A stretch of DNA of 64,000 nucleotides from an uncultured Nitrospiraceae bacterium (GCA_963705105.1 CAVPIW010000007.1:96001-160000), one strand, 5' to 3'. Shown: positions 49,114-60,194, numbered from the stretch's first letter. Numbers and translations are program-made. The notes: generated by a model from the letters alone, not told the origin.

Positions 49114-49242
49114 GTCACACCCTCCTTACCGAATTAACACTATATTTTATAGAATGGTCCATCGATTTGGCAAGCGTAAAAAGGGGTCTCCCTTGATCCT
49201 TGACATTTCCGCACTTACGCAGAGGCTTTCACGGAAATTGAG

Positions 49243-49325
49243 CATTGTCGCTGCAGAAGCCGTCCGGAAAGGCGGGGCAAATGCGCCGAGGCGCTTCGCC
49301 CCGCCTTTTCATGCAGCAGCAAGGT
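49243..49325 (+). repeat. Empty minimal member (K) of the modular element family
   Basis: CATTGTCGCTGCA..GGAAAGGCGGGGCAAATGCGCC joined directly to GAGGCGCTTCGCCCCGCCTTTTCATGCAGCAGCAAGGT. Confidence 0.88.
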
Positions 49326-49347
49326 AAGGTTGCCCCGGCGTGCTGAC

Positions 49348-49384
49348 GAAAAAAGCCGGCAGGGTGTATCCTGCCGGCTTTTTT
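49348..49384. terminator. Bidirectional intrinsic terminator after hppA
   Basis: AAAAAAGCCGGCAGG-GTGTAT-CCTGCCGGCTTTTTT. Confidence 0.88.
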
Positions 49385-49398
49385 GTAATCAGGTGATA

Positions 49399-51477
49399 TT
49401 ACTTCAGAAGCGGAACGATCAGGAGCGCGACGATGTTGATGACCTTGATCATCGGGTTGATCGCCGGGCCTGCCGTGTCCTTGTAAGGGTCGCCGACGGT
49501 GTCGCCGGTGACGGCGGCCTTGTGGCCGTCGCTGCCCTTCTTGTGCACGACGCCCTTGTCGTCGGTGACGCCGTCTTCAAAGGCCTTCTTGGCGTTGTCC
49601 CAGGCGCCGCCGCCGGACGTCATGGCGATGGCGAGGAAGAGACCGGTCAGGATGCTGCCGATCAGCACGCCGCCCAGGGCCTGCGGCCCGAGGATAAACC
49701 CGACAACGAGAGGCGCCACAACAGGAAGCAGTGCCGGCACCATCATCTCCTTGATGGCCGATTTGGTGACGATATCGACGCACTTGCCGTACTCAGGCTT
49801 TCCCGTGCCTTCCATAATGCCGGGGATCTCACGGAACTGTCTGCGGACTTCCATAACGACACCACCCGCCGCCCTGCCGACTGCAAGCATCAGCTTGCCG
49901 GCGAACAGGTACGGGATAAGACCGCCGATAAAGAGTCCGGCGATAATATTGGGGTCCGAGAGATCGAAGGTGAGACCGACCATGCTCTTGGCGAGTTCAC
50001 GTGAATACTCCGCAAACAGAACGAGTGCCGCGAGGCCGGCCGAACCGATCGCGTATCCTTTCGTGACAGCCTTGGTCGTATTGCCGACCGCATCGAGCGG
50101 ATCGGTGATCGCGCGCACTTCCGGAGGAAGCTCGGCCATCTCGGCGATACCACCCGCATTATCCGTAATCGGGCCGTATGAGTCGATCGCGACGACAATG
50201 CCCGTCATGGAAAGCATCGAGACGGCTGACAGCGCAATCGCAAAGAGTCCTGTTCCCGTATTTCCGGCAAATCCGCCGCCGAGGGCGTAGGAGCCCATAA
50301 TCGCGCCGACTATAACAAGGGCCGGAAGGGCCGTGGCTTCCATGCTCATGGCAAGACCGGCGATGACGTTCGTGCCATGGCCGGTGAGGCTCGCCTGGGC
50401 GATGACCTTAACAGGCCTGTACTCCTTGGCGGTGTAATACTCGGTGATCACGACGATGAGGCCCGTCAGGGCGAGACCGATGAAGGCGCACCCGACGACG
50501 CTCATTGCGGTGAATCCGCCGGTGTCTCCGCCGAGCTGACCCATAAACCACGTCGTCACACCGTAAAAGCCTATTGCCGCAATCACGCCGGCAACGGCGA
50601 GGGCCTTATAGAGGGCGCCCATGATGTACTGGCTTGCGCCCAGCCTGACGAAGTAGGTGCCGATAATGGAGGCGATAATCGAAACGCCGCCCAGCAGGAG
50701 CGGGAACTCGACCCAGAGGCTGTCGGCGCCGAAGACCGACTTCGCCAGCAGCATCGCTGCAACCAGCGTAACTGTATAGGTTTCATACAGGTCCGCAGCC
50801 ATACCTGCGCAGTCGCCCACGTTATCGCCCACGTTGTCGGCGATGACGGCGGGGTTTCTCGGGTCGTCCTCAGGGATGCCCGCCTCGACCTTGCCGACGA
50901 GGTCGGCGCCGACGTCAGCGGCCTTCGTGTAGATACCGCCCGCGATACGGGCAAACACGGACATGAGAGAGCAGCCGAAGCCGAGGCCGATGAGGGCATG
51001 GAATGCTGCCTCTGTTGTCGTTACTGACTTTACGATGTAGTAATAACCCGCCAGCCCGATGATGCCGAGACCGACGACCATGATGCCCGTGACGGAACCG
51101 CCCTTGAACGAAAGCGTAAGAGCTTGCTGCAGTCCCTTCGACGCCGCCTGGGTCGTCCGGACGTTTGCGCGGACCGTCACCCACATGCCGACAAAACCGG
51201 CGAATGCCGAGCCGACCGTCCCTATAATGAAGCCGACGGCAGTCCATAAGCCGAGGCTCGGGACCGCGGCAAGGATGACGACCAGCACCACGGCGACGAC
51301 GGCGACGGTCTTGTACTCACGGGCAAGAAATGCGTAGGCGCCTTCCTTGACTGCGTTCGATATCGCCTGCATACGTTCTGTTCCGGCGTCCTGTTTGGAT
51401 ACCCAGGATGCGGTCACGAGGGCATAAAGCACACCCAGGACACCGCATAACAGGGAAAAAAGAATGATTGTTGACAT
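49399..51477 (-). CDS. hppA: Membrane-bound proton-translocating pyrophosphatase, K+-independent type
   Basis: '[11 protein letters not shown]', 'DNVGDNVGD', 'GNTTKA' (Lys determinant), 'GGAWDNAKK'. Confidence 0.96.
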   Translation of the reverse strand: MSTIILFSLLCGVLGVLYALVTASWVSKQDAGTERMQAISNAVKEGAYAFLAREYKTVAVVAVVLVVILAAVPSLGLWTAVGFIIGTVGSAFAGFVGMWVTVRANVRTTQAASKGLQQALTLSFKGGSVTGIMVVGLGIIGLAGYYYIVKSVTTTEAAFHALIGLGFGCSLMSVFARIAGGIYTKAADVGADLVGKVEAGIPEDDPRNPAVIADNVGDNVGDCAGMAADLYETYTVTLVAAMLLAKSVFGADSLWVEFPLLLGGVSIIASIIGTYFVRLGASQYIMGALYKALAVAGVIAAIGFYGVTTWFMGQLGGDTGGFTAMSVVGCAFIGLALTGLIVVITEYYTAKEYRPVKVIAQASLTGHGTNVIAGLAMSMEATALPALVIVGAIMGSYALGGGFAGNTGTGLFAIALSAVSMLSMTGIVVAIDSYGPITDNAGGIAEMAELPPEVRAITDPLDAVGNTTKAVTKGYAIGSAGLAALVLFAEYSRELAKSMVGLTFDLSDPNIIAGLFIGGLIPYLFAGKLMLAVGRAAGGVVMEVRRQFREIPGIMEGTGKPEYGKCVDIVTKSAIKEMMVPALLPVVAPLVVGFILGPQALGGVLIGSILTGLFLAIAMTSGGGAWDNAKKAFEDGVTDDKGVVHKKGSDGHKAAVTGDTVGDPYKDTAGPAINPMIKVINIVALLIVPLLK

Positions 51478-51645
51478 TTCCCTTCTCTCCTCCTTTTACA
51501 TAATTTGATTGCCATGCATTGAGACCAGAAAGATTTCACGTCTTATGACAAAGTCATGCCATTGCTCTACTGCACGTCAATGCCGATTTTTCCGCGCTTT
51601 CACCTCCTTGTCCCAGGGTGTACAATCGATAGCATACCTTTCTCC

Positions 51646-52773
51646 TCAGCTCTTTTCCCTCTGAGCATGGCGCGCGTACACCATGGCCGTCGTCCGGTAG
51701 ACCATGTGCGCCATCTTCGAGAAGGGGGCGTAAGCGAAGAGGAAGAAGACGAATACGAGATGGGCATAGTACATGGGAAAAGCGAGGGCCGCAATATTCG
51801 CAAGCCTCAGGACCTCCGACAGGATGCCCGTCGCCATGATCCCGAAGATGACGATGATGAAGAGCCAGTCGAAATAGCTCCCGCCTCCCGCCTTTTCCTT
51901 GTTCTTCATGCGGTTGTTTATCACCATGGTGATGCCGATGAGCAGGGCCAGGGCGCTCACGTTGCCGATGATCTTCATGGGATCGTACAGCGGATACGGC
52001 GACTCCCTCTTGAGACCGTAGAGGTAAAGGACGCCGATGCCGGTCGTTATGGCAAGACCGATGAAAGCGTAGAAGACCAGGAGGTGAGCCGTCTTGCGTT
52101 CCTTGGTGACGTTGCAGAGCTCGAATTTCTTGTGGGACAGGATGTCCTTGATCGTCTCCGTGAGGCTGGCCGCGACATCTCCCTTTCCGGTCCCGTTCAC
52201 CGCACAGAGGTCGCCCCAATACTTCTTCACGCCCGCGAAGAAGGCAAGGACGGCGAAGAGCGCAATGGGCACGAAAACGGCGTCCACATACAGCACGGGA
52301 ATGAAGTTCGAATAGGACAGCCCTCCATGTTCGCTGGGCGGCACGGCCGAGAAGTTGAAGTGTCCCAGTGACGCGATGATGGCGCCGAAGATGAGAATGG
52401 GCACGGCAAAGAGGAGCAGGAGAGATTTCGAATTGCCCACCATCTGTCCGAGGGCGGCCGGCGTCGCATAGTGCTTGATGGCCACATTCCGGACGGCGCC
52501 GAGCACCTCGCCCGGTTTGGCGCCGCGGGGACAGTGGGCCGTACAATCGCTGCACTGGTGACAGAGCCAGATATCGGGGCTGCCGAGCAGCTTGTCCTTC
52601 AGTCCCCACTGGGCATAGAGCATTTCCTTCCTCGGAAAGGGCTTGTCGTCAGGGGTGACTCCGCAGACGACGGTGCACGTCGAGCACTGGTAACACTTCT
52701 TGAGGTCCTCACCCCCCGAGGCGATGACATCCTTAACGAAACTCAGATCCGGTTTTATGACCTGTTCATCCAT
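51646..52773 (-). CDS. qmoC: QmoC (HdrC-like Fe-S + heme b membrane domain)
   Basis: 'CYQCSTC', 'CHQCSDC..CPRGAKPG', 'PFSKMAH'. Confidence 0.95.
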   Translation of the reverse strand: MDEQVIKPDLSFVKDVIASGGEDLKKCYQCSTCTVVCGVTPDDKPFPRKEMLYAQWGLKDKLLGSPDIWLCHQCSDCTAHCPRGAKPGEVLGAVRNVAIKHYATPAALGQMVGNSKSLLLLFAVPILIFGAIIASLGHFNFSAVPPSEHGGLSYSNFIPVLYVDAVFVPIALFAVLAFFAGVKKYWGDLCAVNGTGKGDVAASLTETIKDILSHKKFELCNVTKERKTAHLLVFYAFIGLAITTGIGVLYLYGLKRESPYPLYDPMKIIGNVSALALLIGITMVINNRMKNKEKAGGGSYFDWLFIIVIFGIMATGILSEVLRLANIAALAFPMYYAHLVFVFFLFAYAPFSKMAHMVYRTTAMVYARHAQREKS

Positions 52774-52791
52774 AATGTATCCCTCCTGCCT

Positions 52792-54927
52792 TTATTTATA
52801 TGGGTTCGGACCGATCTCTTTGACCCTTTCGACGAAATCATGGATCATGCCCGGCACCGTTTGATACTCGTCAATGGCAAGCTGCACCAGCTTGACCCTG
52901 TCGGCTTCGAGCATGAGTCTGTCAAGGGTCTCCTGGACTTTGCCGAGACGGTAACTCGCAAGCTCGCTGCCCTTCGCATAGTGGCACTGATAATTATCAC
53001 CGTATTTGCATCCGAGGAGCAGCATGCCGTCGATGCCCCTTGAGAAGGCATCGGCGATCCAGACGAGGTTGACCGAGCCGAGGCACCTGAGCTGGATGAA
53101 CCGGACTGCCGTGCTTATCTTCTGTTTGCTGAGCGCAACCGTGTCAATGGCCGGGTAGGCGTCGTTCTCGCAGGCAAGGACGATGATGCGCGGTTTTTCC
53201 TCGTCCGAGGGGACGGAAACGCCCTTGAGCATGGAGCCGATCATGTCGACATGGTAGTCCTTGAAGGAGACGATTCTCTCGGGGCAGGCGCCCATGCAGG
53301 TTGCGCACCTGCGGCACCGGCCGATCTTGTAAAAGGGCGTACCCTTTTCATCTTCGTCGATGGCGCCGAAGGGGCACTCCTCAGTGCAGCGTTTGCAGGA
53401 CGTGCACCGTGTCATGAAAGGATCGGGGAAAGTTACATCCCAGGCCCTCGGATGCACGGCAATGCCCGTTGCGACATGCTCGGCCGACTGGATCGCCTTC
53501 AGGGCTGCGCCGGCCGCATCCTCCTGGGCCTCCGACCCGTTCATGGGCTGGCGGATGGCGCCGGCTGCGTACACACCGGTCCTCCGCGTCTCGTACTGGA
53601 AGCAGATGAAATTCGAGTCGGCAAAACCGTTGAAGAGGTCGAGATCGGGCAGCCCCGGTCCCTGACGGTACTGGAGATTCAGGACCGGATCGTCGACCGT
53701 CGCCGGAACGATGCCCGTGGCGAGGACGACGAGGTCCGCCTCGACCTTGACCTTCGCCCCGAGGAGGGAGTTCTCCGTTTCCACGTAGAGGTTCCCGTTC
53801 TCCGCGTCCGCTACACCCGTCACCTCGCACTTGGTGAGCATCACGCCGGGATCGTTCTGGGCTTCTTTATAGTAATATTCCATCCGGCCCGGTGTCCTGA
53901 TATCCTTGTAGAGGATCATGGCCGTGGCATCGGGGTTCTGTCTCACGTATTTCGCCTGTTTGAGAGAGGTGCCGCAGCACATGGCCGAGCAGTATGGGAG
54001 ATGGTCCGGATCGCGCTGGCCTGCGCACTGGATAAAGGCCACCTTCGTCGCTTCTTTTCCGTCTGAAGGCCGGACGATCTTTCCCTGCTTTGCCATGTCT
54101 TCAAATTCGACATTCGTCACGACATCCCTGAATTTCCCGTATCCGAGGTGCTCGAGCTTTGTCGCGTCATAGGGTCTCCATCCCGCGGCGAGGATGACGG
54201 ATCCGATCTTGACGACCTCGGAGCTGCCGTTCGTCGTGATGGTGACATCGAAGGCGCCGGGCATGCCGTCCGTCTTTTCGACCTTGCTCGACTTGTATAC
54301 CTTGATGTTCGGGTGGCCTTCCACCTCGGCGATCGTCGTCTCGATGCCGGTGTCGACGATGAGGGGCTCCGTGTAATGCTGCGTCGTGGGGATCTTTTTG
54401 TACAGCTTGTTGAAGAACCCGCCGAGCTGGTCCTCTTTCTCGACGAGCACGACCTTGTAGCCGGAATTTGCCGCCTGGAGGGCTGCCGTCATGCCGGCGA
54501 TACCGCCGCCGATGACGAGTATGGTCTTCGTCGTCTCCATGAGGTACGGCTCGGGCATATCGCCCTTCTGCGTCCTGACGACGCCCATCTTCATGTAATC
54601 CTCCGCAGCGAGCTGAATATCCGCGGGGGTTTCCTGCGTCCATGCGGCGAGTTCACGGATGGGAACGCGCTCGACGATGCAGCCGGGAAAATCGAATTCC
54701 TCAAATTTTACACGGGGAGAGCAGGCAGCGAGAATAAGGGTGTTCACCCCTTCATTCTGGATGTCCGCCTTGATCATGTCGATGCCTTCCTTGCTGCAGA
54801 GGATGGCGTGGGGCTTTACAATGGGCACCTTGAGGGCGTTCTTTCCAATTGTGGTCAGTTTCTCTATGTTGACGGATTCGCCGATCGAGCAGCCCTGGCA
54901 GATATAAAGAGCATATTTCTTTTCCAT
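52792..54927 (-). CDS. qmoB: QmoB (HdrA-like + MvhD-like domain)
   Basis: 'GGGIAG', 'QCAGQRD..LPYCS.MCC', two ferredoxin motifs, 'CENDAYPA..RCLGS..GCKYGDNYQCH'. Confidence 0.95.
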   Translation of the reverse strand: MEKKYALYICQGCSIGESVNIEKLTTIGKNALKVPIVKPHAILCSKEGIDMIKADIQNEGVNTLILAACSPRVKFEEFDFPGCIVERVPIRELAAWTQETPADIQLAAEDYMKMGVVRTQKGDMPEPYLMETTKTILVIGGGIAGMTAALQAANSGYKVVLVEKEDQLGGFFNKLYKKIPTTQHYTEPLIVDTGIETTIAEVEGHPNIKVYKSSKVEKTDGMPGAFDVTITTNGSSEVVKIGSVILAAGWRPYDATKLEHLGYGKFRDVVTNVEFEDMAKQGKIVRPSDGKEATKVAFIQCAGQRDPDHLPYCSAMCCGTSLKQAKYVRQNPDATAMILYKDIRTPGRMEYYYKEAQNDPGVMLTKCEVTGVADAENGNLYVETENSLLGAKVKVEADLVVLATGIVPATVDDPVLNLQYRQGPGLPDLDLFNGFADSNFICFQYETRRTGVYAAGAIRQPMNGSEAQEDAAGAALKAIQSAEHVATGIAVHPRAWDVTFPDPFMTRCTSCKRCTEECPFGAIDEDEKGTPFYKIGRCRRCATCMGACPERIVSFKDYHVDMIGSMLKGVSVPSDEEKPRIIVLACENDAYPAIDTVALSKQKISTAVRFIQLRCLGSVNLVWIADAFSRGIDGMLLLGCKYGDNYQCHYAKGSELASYRLGKVQETLDRLMLEADRVKLVQLAIDEYQTVPGMIHDFVERVKEIGPNPYK

Positions 54928-54933
54928 GTTCTC

Positions 54934-56193
54934 TTACCTCCTCAGTCCTGTCTGGATTGCCTTGATCACAGCTCCCGTGGCATCCTGAGCCGACTTGGCG
55001 ACATCCAGGGGATTCTTCGAGCAACCCACGGAGAAGATGCCGCCGCCGGGGACCGCAAATCCCTCCTCGCTCATGGTGACGCCGTTGATCTTCCGGGACG
55101 CTCCGGAAGGCTCCATGCCCGTCGCAAGGACGAACATATCGACGGTGGTCCGGATCTTCTCGCCCGTCAGCACGTCCTCCGCCTCGACGACAACGTCATC
55201 GGAACCAGGACTCTGAACGGCGCTTGCCACTTTGCCCTTGATGAAGACGACGTTCGGATCGTCCTTCACCTGCCAGTAGAACTTCTCGTACCGGCCCGGC
55301 GTGCGGATGTCGATATAGAAAATGTAGACCTTGGCATCGGGATACTGCTCGCGGATATAGAGCGTCTGTTTCAGCGTGGCCATGCAGCAGATGTAGGAGC
55401 AAAAGGCAAGGTGGTTTTCGTCCCTGCTCCCGGCGCACTGGCCGAAGGCGATCGTCTCGACCGCCTTGCCGTCGGAGGGCCTGACGATCTTTCCACCCGT
55501 CGGGCCGTTCGGCGAGGCGAGCCGCTCCATCATCATGTTCGTAACCACGTTCTTGACGGAGCCGTACCCGAGGATCTCGATCTTGTTCGCATCGTAAGGG
55601 TTCCATCCAGTCGCAACGATGACGGAGCTCGCCTTGACGGTGATGGTCTCGGCCTTCATCGAAAGGTCGATGGCGTTATAGGTACAGGCGTCGGCGCAGG
55701 TCTTCCCGCATCCGCCCGTGCAGTATTTGTCGTCAATGACGTACTTCATCGGGAAGGCCTGGTTGAAGGGAAGGTACGCCGCCTTCGTCTTGTCGAGGCC
55801 GAAATTGAACTCGTTGGGCCTCTCGGAGGGACATGCCTCCGCGCAGGCGTTGCAGGCCACGCAGTTATCGTTCACGAAGCGGGGCGCCAGTTTGATGGTG
55901 ACTGTGTAATCGCCGGGACCGCCGGTGATGCCTTCCACTTCAGCCATCGTGTGAAAGGTGATGCGGGGGTTTTCCCTGAGACGGCGGAAATTCAGCTCCA
56001 GTCCGCAATTGGGCGGGCAGAGTTTCGGGAAGTACTTGTTGAGCTGCGCAACCCTTCCGCCGAGATAGGGGTTCTTCTCGACGATCGTTACGTGAGCGCC
56101 CGTTTCCGCGGCGTCCACCGCAGCGGTGAGCCCGCTGAACCCGCCGCCGATCACCACTATGTGATTGCCCTGTCCTTTCGTCTGCTCAGGCAT
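54934..56193 (-). CDS. qmoA: QmoA (HdrA-like flavoprotein)
   Basis: 'GGGFSG', 'YFPKLCPPNCG', 'QCAGSRDENH'. Confidence 0.95.
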   Translation of the reverse strand: MPEQTKGQGNHIVVIGGGFSGLTAAVDAAETGAHVTIVEKNPYLGGRVAQLNKYFPKLCPPNCGLELNFRRLRENPRITFHTMAEVEGITGGPGDYTVTIKLAPRFVNDNCVACNACAEACPSERPNEFNFGLDKTKAAYLPFNQAFPMKYVIDDKYCTGGCGKTCADACTYNAIDLSMKAETITVKASSVIVATGWNPYDANKIEILGYGSVKNVVTNMMMERLASPNGPTGGKIVRPSDGKAVETIAFGQCAGSRDENHLAFCSYICCMATLKQTLYIREQYPDAKVYIFYIDIRTPGRYEKFYWQVKDDPNVVFIKGKVASAVQSPGSDDVVVEAEDVLTGEKIRTTVDMFVLATGMEPSGASRKINGVTMSEEGFAVPGGGIFSVGCSKNPLDVAKSAQDATGAVIKAIQTGLRR

Positions 56194-56287
56194 GCTGCTC
56201 CTCCTTTATTGCGCGTGAATAATAAATGCGGAATGCACACTGCACGGTGCGCAAGACGCCTTGCGCATCATGGACTGTGCATTGCCT

Positions 56288-56319
56288 GAAAAAAAGGAGA
56301 GGGGCTTGCGCCCCTCTCC
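56288..56319 (-). terminator. Intrinsic terminator after aprA
   Basis: GGAGAGGGGC-TT-GCGCCCCTCTCC hairpin with an A run on + (T run on -). Confidence 0.8.
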
Positions 56320-56330
56320 GCTGTGGTGAA

Positions 56331-58313
56331 TTAGTCAGGGATGATCTGCACATAGGGAACTTTCTTGATGTCCCATGTGTTGTTCTCGGCATTGTACGTG
56401 GAATTGGTGAAGCACTTCCATTCCTTGTCGTTGATGGCGAGGAAGTCTCCCCTGTAGTAGTAGCCGGGATACCTGGACTCCTGCCTGAAGAGGATATGAC
56501 GGGCATGCGCCTCGACGGAGAGGATCCTGTGATAGTTCTCCCAGCACCTCATGAGCTCGTGGAGGTTGGAGGCCGCCATCTTGTTGGCGTCTTCCTTGAG
56601 CATCTCGAGCTGCTTGAGGCCCTCGTCCAGCATCGTCTTGGAGGTCATGTACCAGGTGCTGATGCCGCCAAAATACTCGTCGGAGATCTTCTGGAGTCTC
56701 GCCTGGAGCATCTTGGGCCTGATGTAGTACGGGTTGGTCAGCGTGTCGGTCGAGTAGGTCTTGTACTTCTCGAAGACCTCGTACGGGAGATACAGCTCGG
56801 CCGCGATCGCGTCTGCCGACTCCTTGACGGACGGAGTATAGCTGGCATTGTCAAGAATGAAGGCGATGGCTGCCTTTGCCGCGATCCTTCCCTCGGCGTG
56901 GGAGCCGGAGGAGAACTTGTGACCCGAGGCGCCGACGACGTCACCGGCCATGAAGAGGCCCTTGACGGTGGACATCCTGTTGTAGCCCCAGGACCACTCG
57001 GCAGGCGTTCCCGGTATGTCGCCGGGGCCGCTGCACCAGAAGCCCGCGCAGCCGGCGTGGGAGCCGAGGATGTAAGGCTCGGTCGGCATGATCTCGGACG
57101 GCTCCTTGTCGGGCTCCACGTTCTTGGAGGCCCAGAGACCGGCCTGGCCGATGCACATATCGAGGAAGTCTTCCCATGCTTCGGCCTCGAGGTGCTTGAT
57201 CCTCTTGGCGTCCATCTTCGTGGCAAGCTCTGCCATCGCGTCGTGGGTCCTCATGAGGATGGGGCCTTTGCCCTTTTTCATGTCGAGCATCATCATGTGG
57301 TTCCTGATGGCGGTGCCGAGCTTCTCGGCATAGGGGCTGTAGAGGGCCTTCGTCTGCTCGAAGTTCTCGCCCGTGCAGTAGTCTTCGCCGAGGGCGTTCG
57401 TTGCTTTCGCCTTGAAGAAGAGGAACCATGCGCCGACAGGGCCGTATCCGTCCTTGAACCGGGCCGGGACGAACCTGTTCTCCATCAGGGTGAGCTCTGC
57501 GCCGGCCTGCATGCCGAGTGCGTACCCGGAACCGGAGTTCCAGACGGGATACCACGCCCTGCCCTGGCCTTCTGCAACCGACCTGGGCCTGAAGGTGTTG
57601 ACGGCGCCGCCCGCTGCGTTGATCATGGCCTTCGCCTTGAAGAGGTAAATCTTGTTCTCCCTGACGCTGAAGCCCGCTGCCGCCGCGACCCTGCTCGGAT
57701 CGTTGGCATCTTTGTAAAGCTTCACGATGAAGATGCGCTCGTAGTGGTTCTGCGCAACGCCGGTGGCCTTCCTGTTGACCTCGAGGGCGGCCTTTGCGGC
57801 TTCCGCCACGACGACCTTGTAGGACTCACCGTTGATCATGATCTGCCACTTTCCGGACCTGACGGGTGTTCCGCCGTCCCTCAGCATGGCCTTGCCCTCG
57901 TCCCTTGCCTGGAAGCCGTCAAGGGAGAAGCCGTCGTCGGCCTTCTTCCAGATGGGGAGTCCCCACTCCTCAAACATATGGACGGAATCGTCGACGTGCC
58001 TGCCGAGGTCATAGACGAGGTCTTCCCTGATGATGCCCATCAGGTCGGCCCTGACGTACTTCACGTAGTCGGCCACCTTGTTCTCGCCGATGTAGGTGTT
58101 GATTGCGGAAAGGCCCATCGCAACGGCGCCGCTTCTGTCCGTGGCGGCCTTGTCGACCATGGTGACCTTCAGGTTCTTCGGGCCGGCCCAGCGGCATGCC
58201 TCGAAGGCTGAGCCGCAGCATGCCATACCGCCGCCGATGAGCAGCAGATCCGTCTCAACCTCTATGATCTCAGGCTTCTGACAAAATGAAAATGTACAGG
58301 TTTCTTTTTCCAT
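56331..58313 (-). CDS. aprA: Adenylyl-sulfate reductase alpha subunit
   Basis: 'GGGMA.CG', 'RSGAVAMGLSAINTY', 'WQIMINGESYK', 'GHKFSSGS'. Confidence 0.98.
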   Translation of the reverse strand: MEKETCTFSFCQKPEIIEVETDLLLIGGGMACCGSAFEACRWAGPKNLKVTMVDKAATDRSGAVAMGLSAINTYIGENKVADYVKYVRADLMGIIREDLVYDLGRHVDDSVHMFEEWGLPIWKKADDGFSLDGFQARDEGKAMLRDGGTPVRSGKWQIMINGESYKVVVAEAAKAALEVNRKATGVAQNHYERIFIVKLYKDANDPSRVAAAAGFSVRENKIYLFKAKAMINAAGGAVNTFRPRSVAEGQGRAWYPVWNSGSGYALGMQAGAELTLMENRFVPARFKDGYGPVGAWFLFFKAKATNALGEDYCTGENFEQTKALYSPYAEKLGTAIRNHMMMLDMKKGKGPILMRTHDAMAELATKMDAKRIKHLEAEAWEDFLDMCIGQAGLWASKNVEPDKEPSEIMPTEPYILGSHAGCAGFWCSGPGDIPGTPAEWSWGYNRMSTVKGLFMAGDVVGASGHKFSSGSHAEGRIAAKAAIAFILDNASYTPSVKESADAIAAELYLPYEVFEKYKTYSTDTLTNPYYIRPKMLQARLQKISDEYFGGISTWYMTSKTMLDEGLKQLEMLKEDANKMAASNLHELMRCWENYHRILSVEAHARHILFRQESRYPGYYYRGDFLAINDKEWKCFTNSTYNAENNTWDIKKVPYVQIIPD

Positions 58314-58330
58314 TCTTCATCCCTCCTAAT

Positions 58331-58750
58331 TTAGTCGGTCCTCGCCGTATAGTTGAAAAAGCCGGGGCCTTTCAACGTGGCGAAATCGGGTTCGGGCTTC
58401 CCTGCGTATGCATCGACAGAACCTTCAGCGGTGAGCCTGATCGGGAATTTGAATCTCTTGAGGGAGCCGTTCCTGAATTTGACCGTCCACATGATGGAGT
58501 CGGTGCCTCTCATCGGGATGACGTTGCCGCCGAGAGGAACGAAGTCCTGATAGCCCCTGACCTCGATGGCCTGCTGCGGGCATATCTTCACGCAGTTGTA
58601 GCACTCCCAGCACTGCTCCGGCTCCTGATTGAACGCCTTCATGAGGTCCCTGTTCAGGGCCATCAGGTCGTTCGGGCAGATGTACTGGCAAGCCGTTTTG
58701 TCCTGGGCCTTGCAGCCGTCACACTTCTCAGTAATAACAAAACTTGGCAT
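58331..58750 (-). CDS. aprB: Adenylyl-sulfate reductase beta subunit
   Basis: 'CDGCK..DKTAC.YICP', 'CWECYNCVKICP', 'KRFKFPIR'. Confidence 0.98.
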   Translation of the reverse strand: MPSFVITEKCDGCKAQDKTACQYICPNDLMALNRDLMKAFNQEPEQCWECYNCVKICPQQAIEVRGYQDFVPLGGNVIPMRGTDSIMWTVKFRNGSLKRFKFPIRLTAEGSVDAYAGKPEPDFATLKGPGFFNYTARTD

Positions 58751-58928
58751 AAACCTAACCTCCTCTTTGGTTGAAATTAGCGAAATTCGCTCATGTGCCT
58801 TGATCGATCAATCCACGGCATAGTGTTTCGGTTGTATCCCCCTCAACACCTCCTTTCGCGAGATATATAAGGTATAAGCATCAGGGAGCAGGGAAACCGG
58901 CACCACGGTCCCCTGCTCTTCTTTCCAA

Positions 58929-60143
58929 TTACACGCCTTCGGAGTACTTGTGGGTCTTGATCTCGACCTTCTCGGTCAGGCCCTGGTAGTACTCTTTCAG
59001 GACCTCCGCCACTTCCGGACGGCTGAACTGGGACGATACCTCTTCACCATCGGAGAGCATCTTCCGCAGCTTCGTCCCGCTCAGGAGCACCCTGTCATCC
59101 TTGCCGTGCGGGCAGGTCTTCATGGAGGCCATGCCGTCGCACTTCTTGCAGTAAAAGGTCCAGTCGATGTTGAGAGGCTTCGTCTCCAGTGCGTCCTTCG
59201 GGATCTCAAGGAAGATCTTCTGGGCGTCGAAGGGACCGTAGTACTCGCCCACGCCGGCGTGGTCGCGGCCGATGATCATGTAGCTGCAGCCGTAGTTCTG
59301 CCTGAAGGTGGCGTGGAGAAGGGCCTCACGCGGTCCGGCATACCGCATGTCGAGCGGGTAGCCGGCCTGGATGCAGGTCTTCGGGACGAAATAGAGTTCG
59401 ACGAGCTTGTTGATCGCCTTAACCCTGACTTCGGCGGGGATGTCGCCGGGTTTGAGTTTACCGAGGAGCTGGTGGATGAGGACGCCGTCGCAGATCTCGA
59501 TGGCGACCTTGGCAAGGAATTCGTGGGAGCGATGCATGGGGTTCCTGAGCTGTAGGGCGGCAACGGTGTTCCAGCCCATATCCGTGAACATCTTCCTCGT
59601 CTCGGCGGGGGTAAGGAAGAGACCGGGATAATCGCGCGGGAACGTGCCCAGGCTCAGGACCTTGACGGGACCGGCAAGGTTGACCTCTGCCTGCTCCATG
59701 ACCATCTTCACGCCGGGATGCTCCGTATCAGTGGTCTTGTAAATGTTCTTGCATTCGAACTCTTTGTCGATCGAGTACTTCTCGGTGACCTTCATGGTCG
59801 CCATGGTTTCTTTGAAATCATCGGAATAGAGAGCGATTTCTTCCCCTATCTTGATGCCGTCGGCGGCCGCCTTGGGCACAGAAACAGTGATCGGAATGGG
59901 CCAGAACGTGCCGTCGGCCATCTTGAAGTCGGCGCAGACTCCCTTCCAGTCGGCCTGGGTCATGAAGCCCGTCAGCGGGGTGAATCCGCCGATGCCCATC
60001 ATGATAAGGTCGCCGGATTCGCGCGATGCGATGTGGACTTTCAGCAGTGACTCAGCCTTTCTTGACTCCTCCGCGAATTCCGCGCCGGTCACAAGGAGAG
60101 GCATTAATTTCTTTGCTTTACCGTGGGGGTTTACCAAAGCCAT
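58929..60143 (-). CDS. sat: Sulfate adenylyltransferase
   Basis: '[11 protein letters not shown]', 'MRYAGPREA', 'GRDHAG'. Confidence 0.98.
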   Translation of the reverse strand: MALVNPHGKAKKLMPLLVTGAEFAEESRKAESLLKVHIASRESGDLIMMGIGGFTPLTGFMTQADWKGVCADFKMADGTFWPIPITVSVPKAAADGIKIGEEIALYSDDFKETMATMKVTEKYSIDKEFECKNIYKTTDTEHPGVKMVMEQAEVNLAGPVKVLSLGTFPRDYPGLFLTPAETRKMFTDMGWNTVAALQLRNPMHRSHEFLAKVAIEICDGVLIHQLLGKLKPGDIPAEVRVKAINKLVELYFVPKTCIQAGYPLDMRYAGPREALLHATFRQNYGCSYMIIGRDHAGVGEYYGPFDAQKIFLEIPKDALETKPLNIDWTFYCKKCDGMASMKTCPHGKDDRVLLSGTKLRKMLSDGEEVSSQFSRPEVAEVLKEYYQGLTEKVEIKTHKYSEGV

Positions 60144-60194
60144 AGTCGATCCTCCTCAAATGTATTTTTTTCAAGCCAAAACCATACTGAACCG

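Noticed and set aside
54148..58211. Very long antisense ORFs (also 27267-28739, 43589-44980, 21808-23031)
   Set aside because: Shadows of high-GC3 genes on the opposite strand; no recognisable motifs
58777..58858. Small leader ORF upstream of aprB behind a strong AAGGAGGTG
   Set aside because: Candidate starts are badly spaced from the Shine-Dalgarno and the peptides are only 13-14 aa; could be a 5' UTR motif but cannot be supported here
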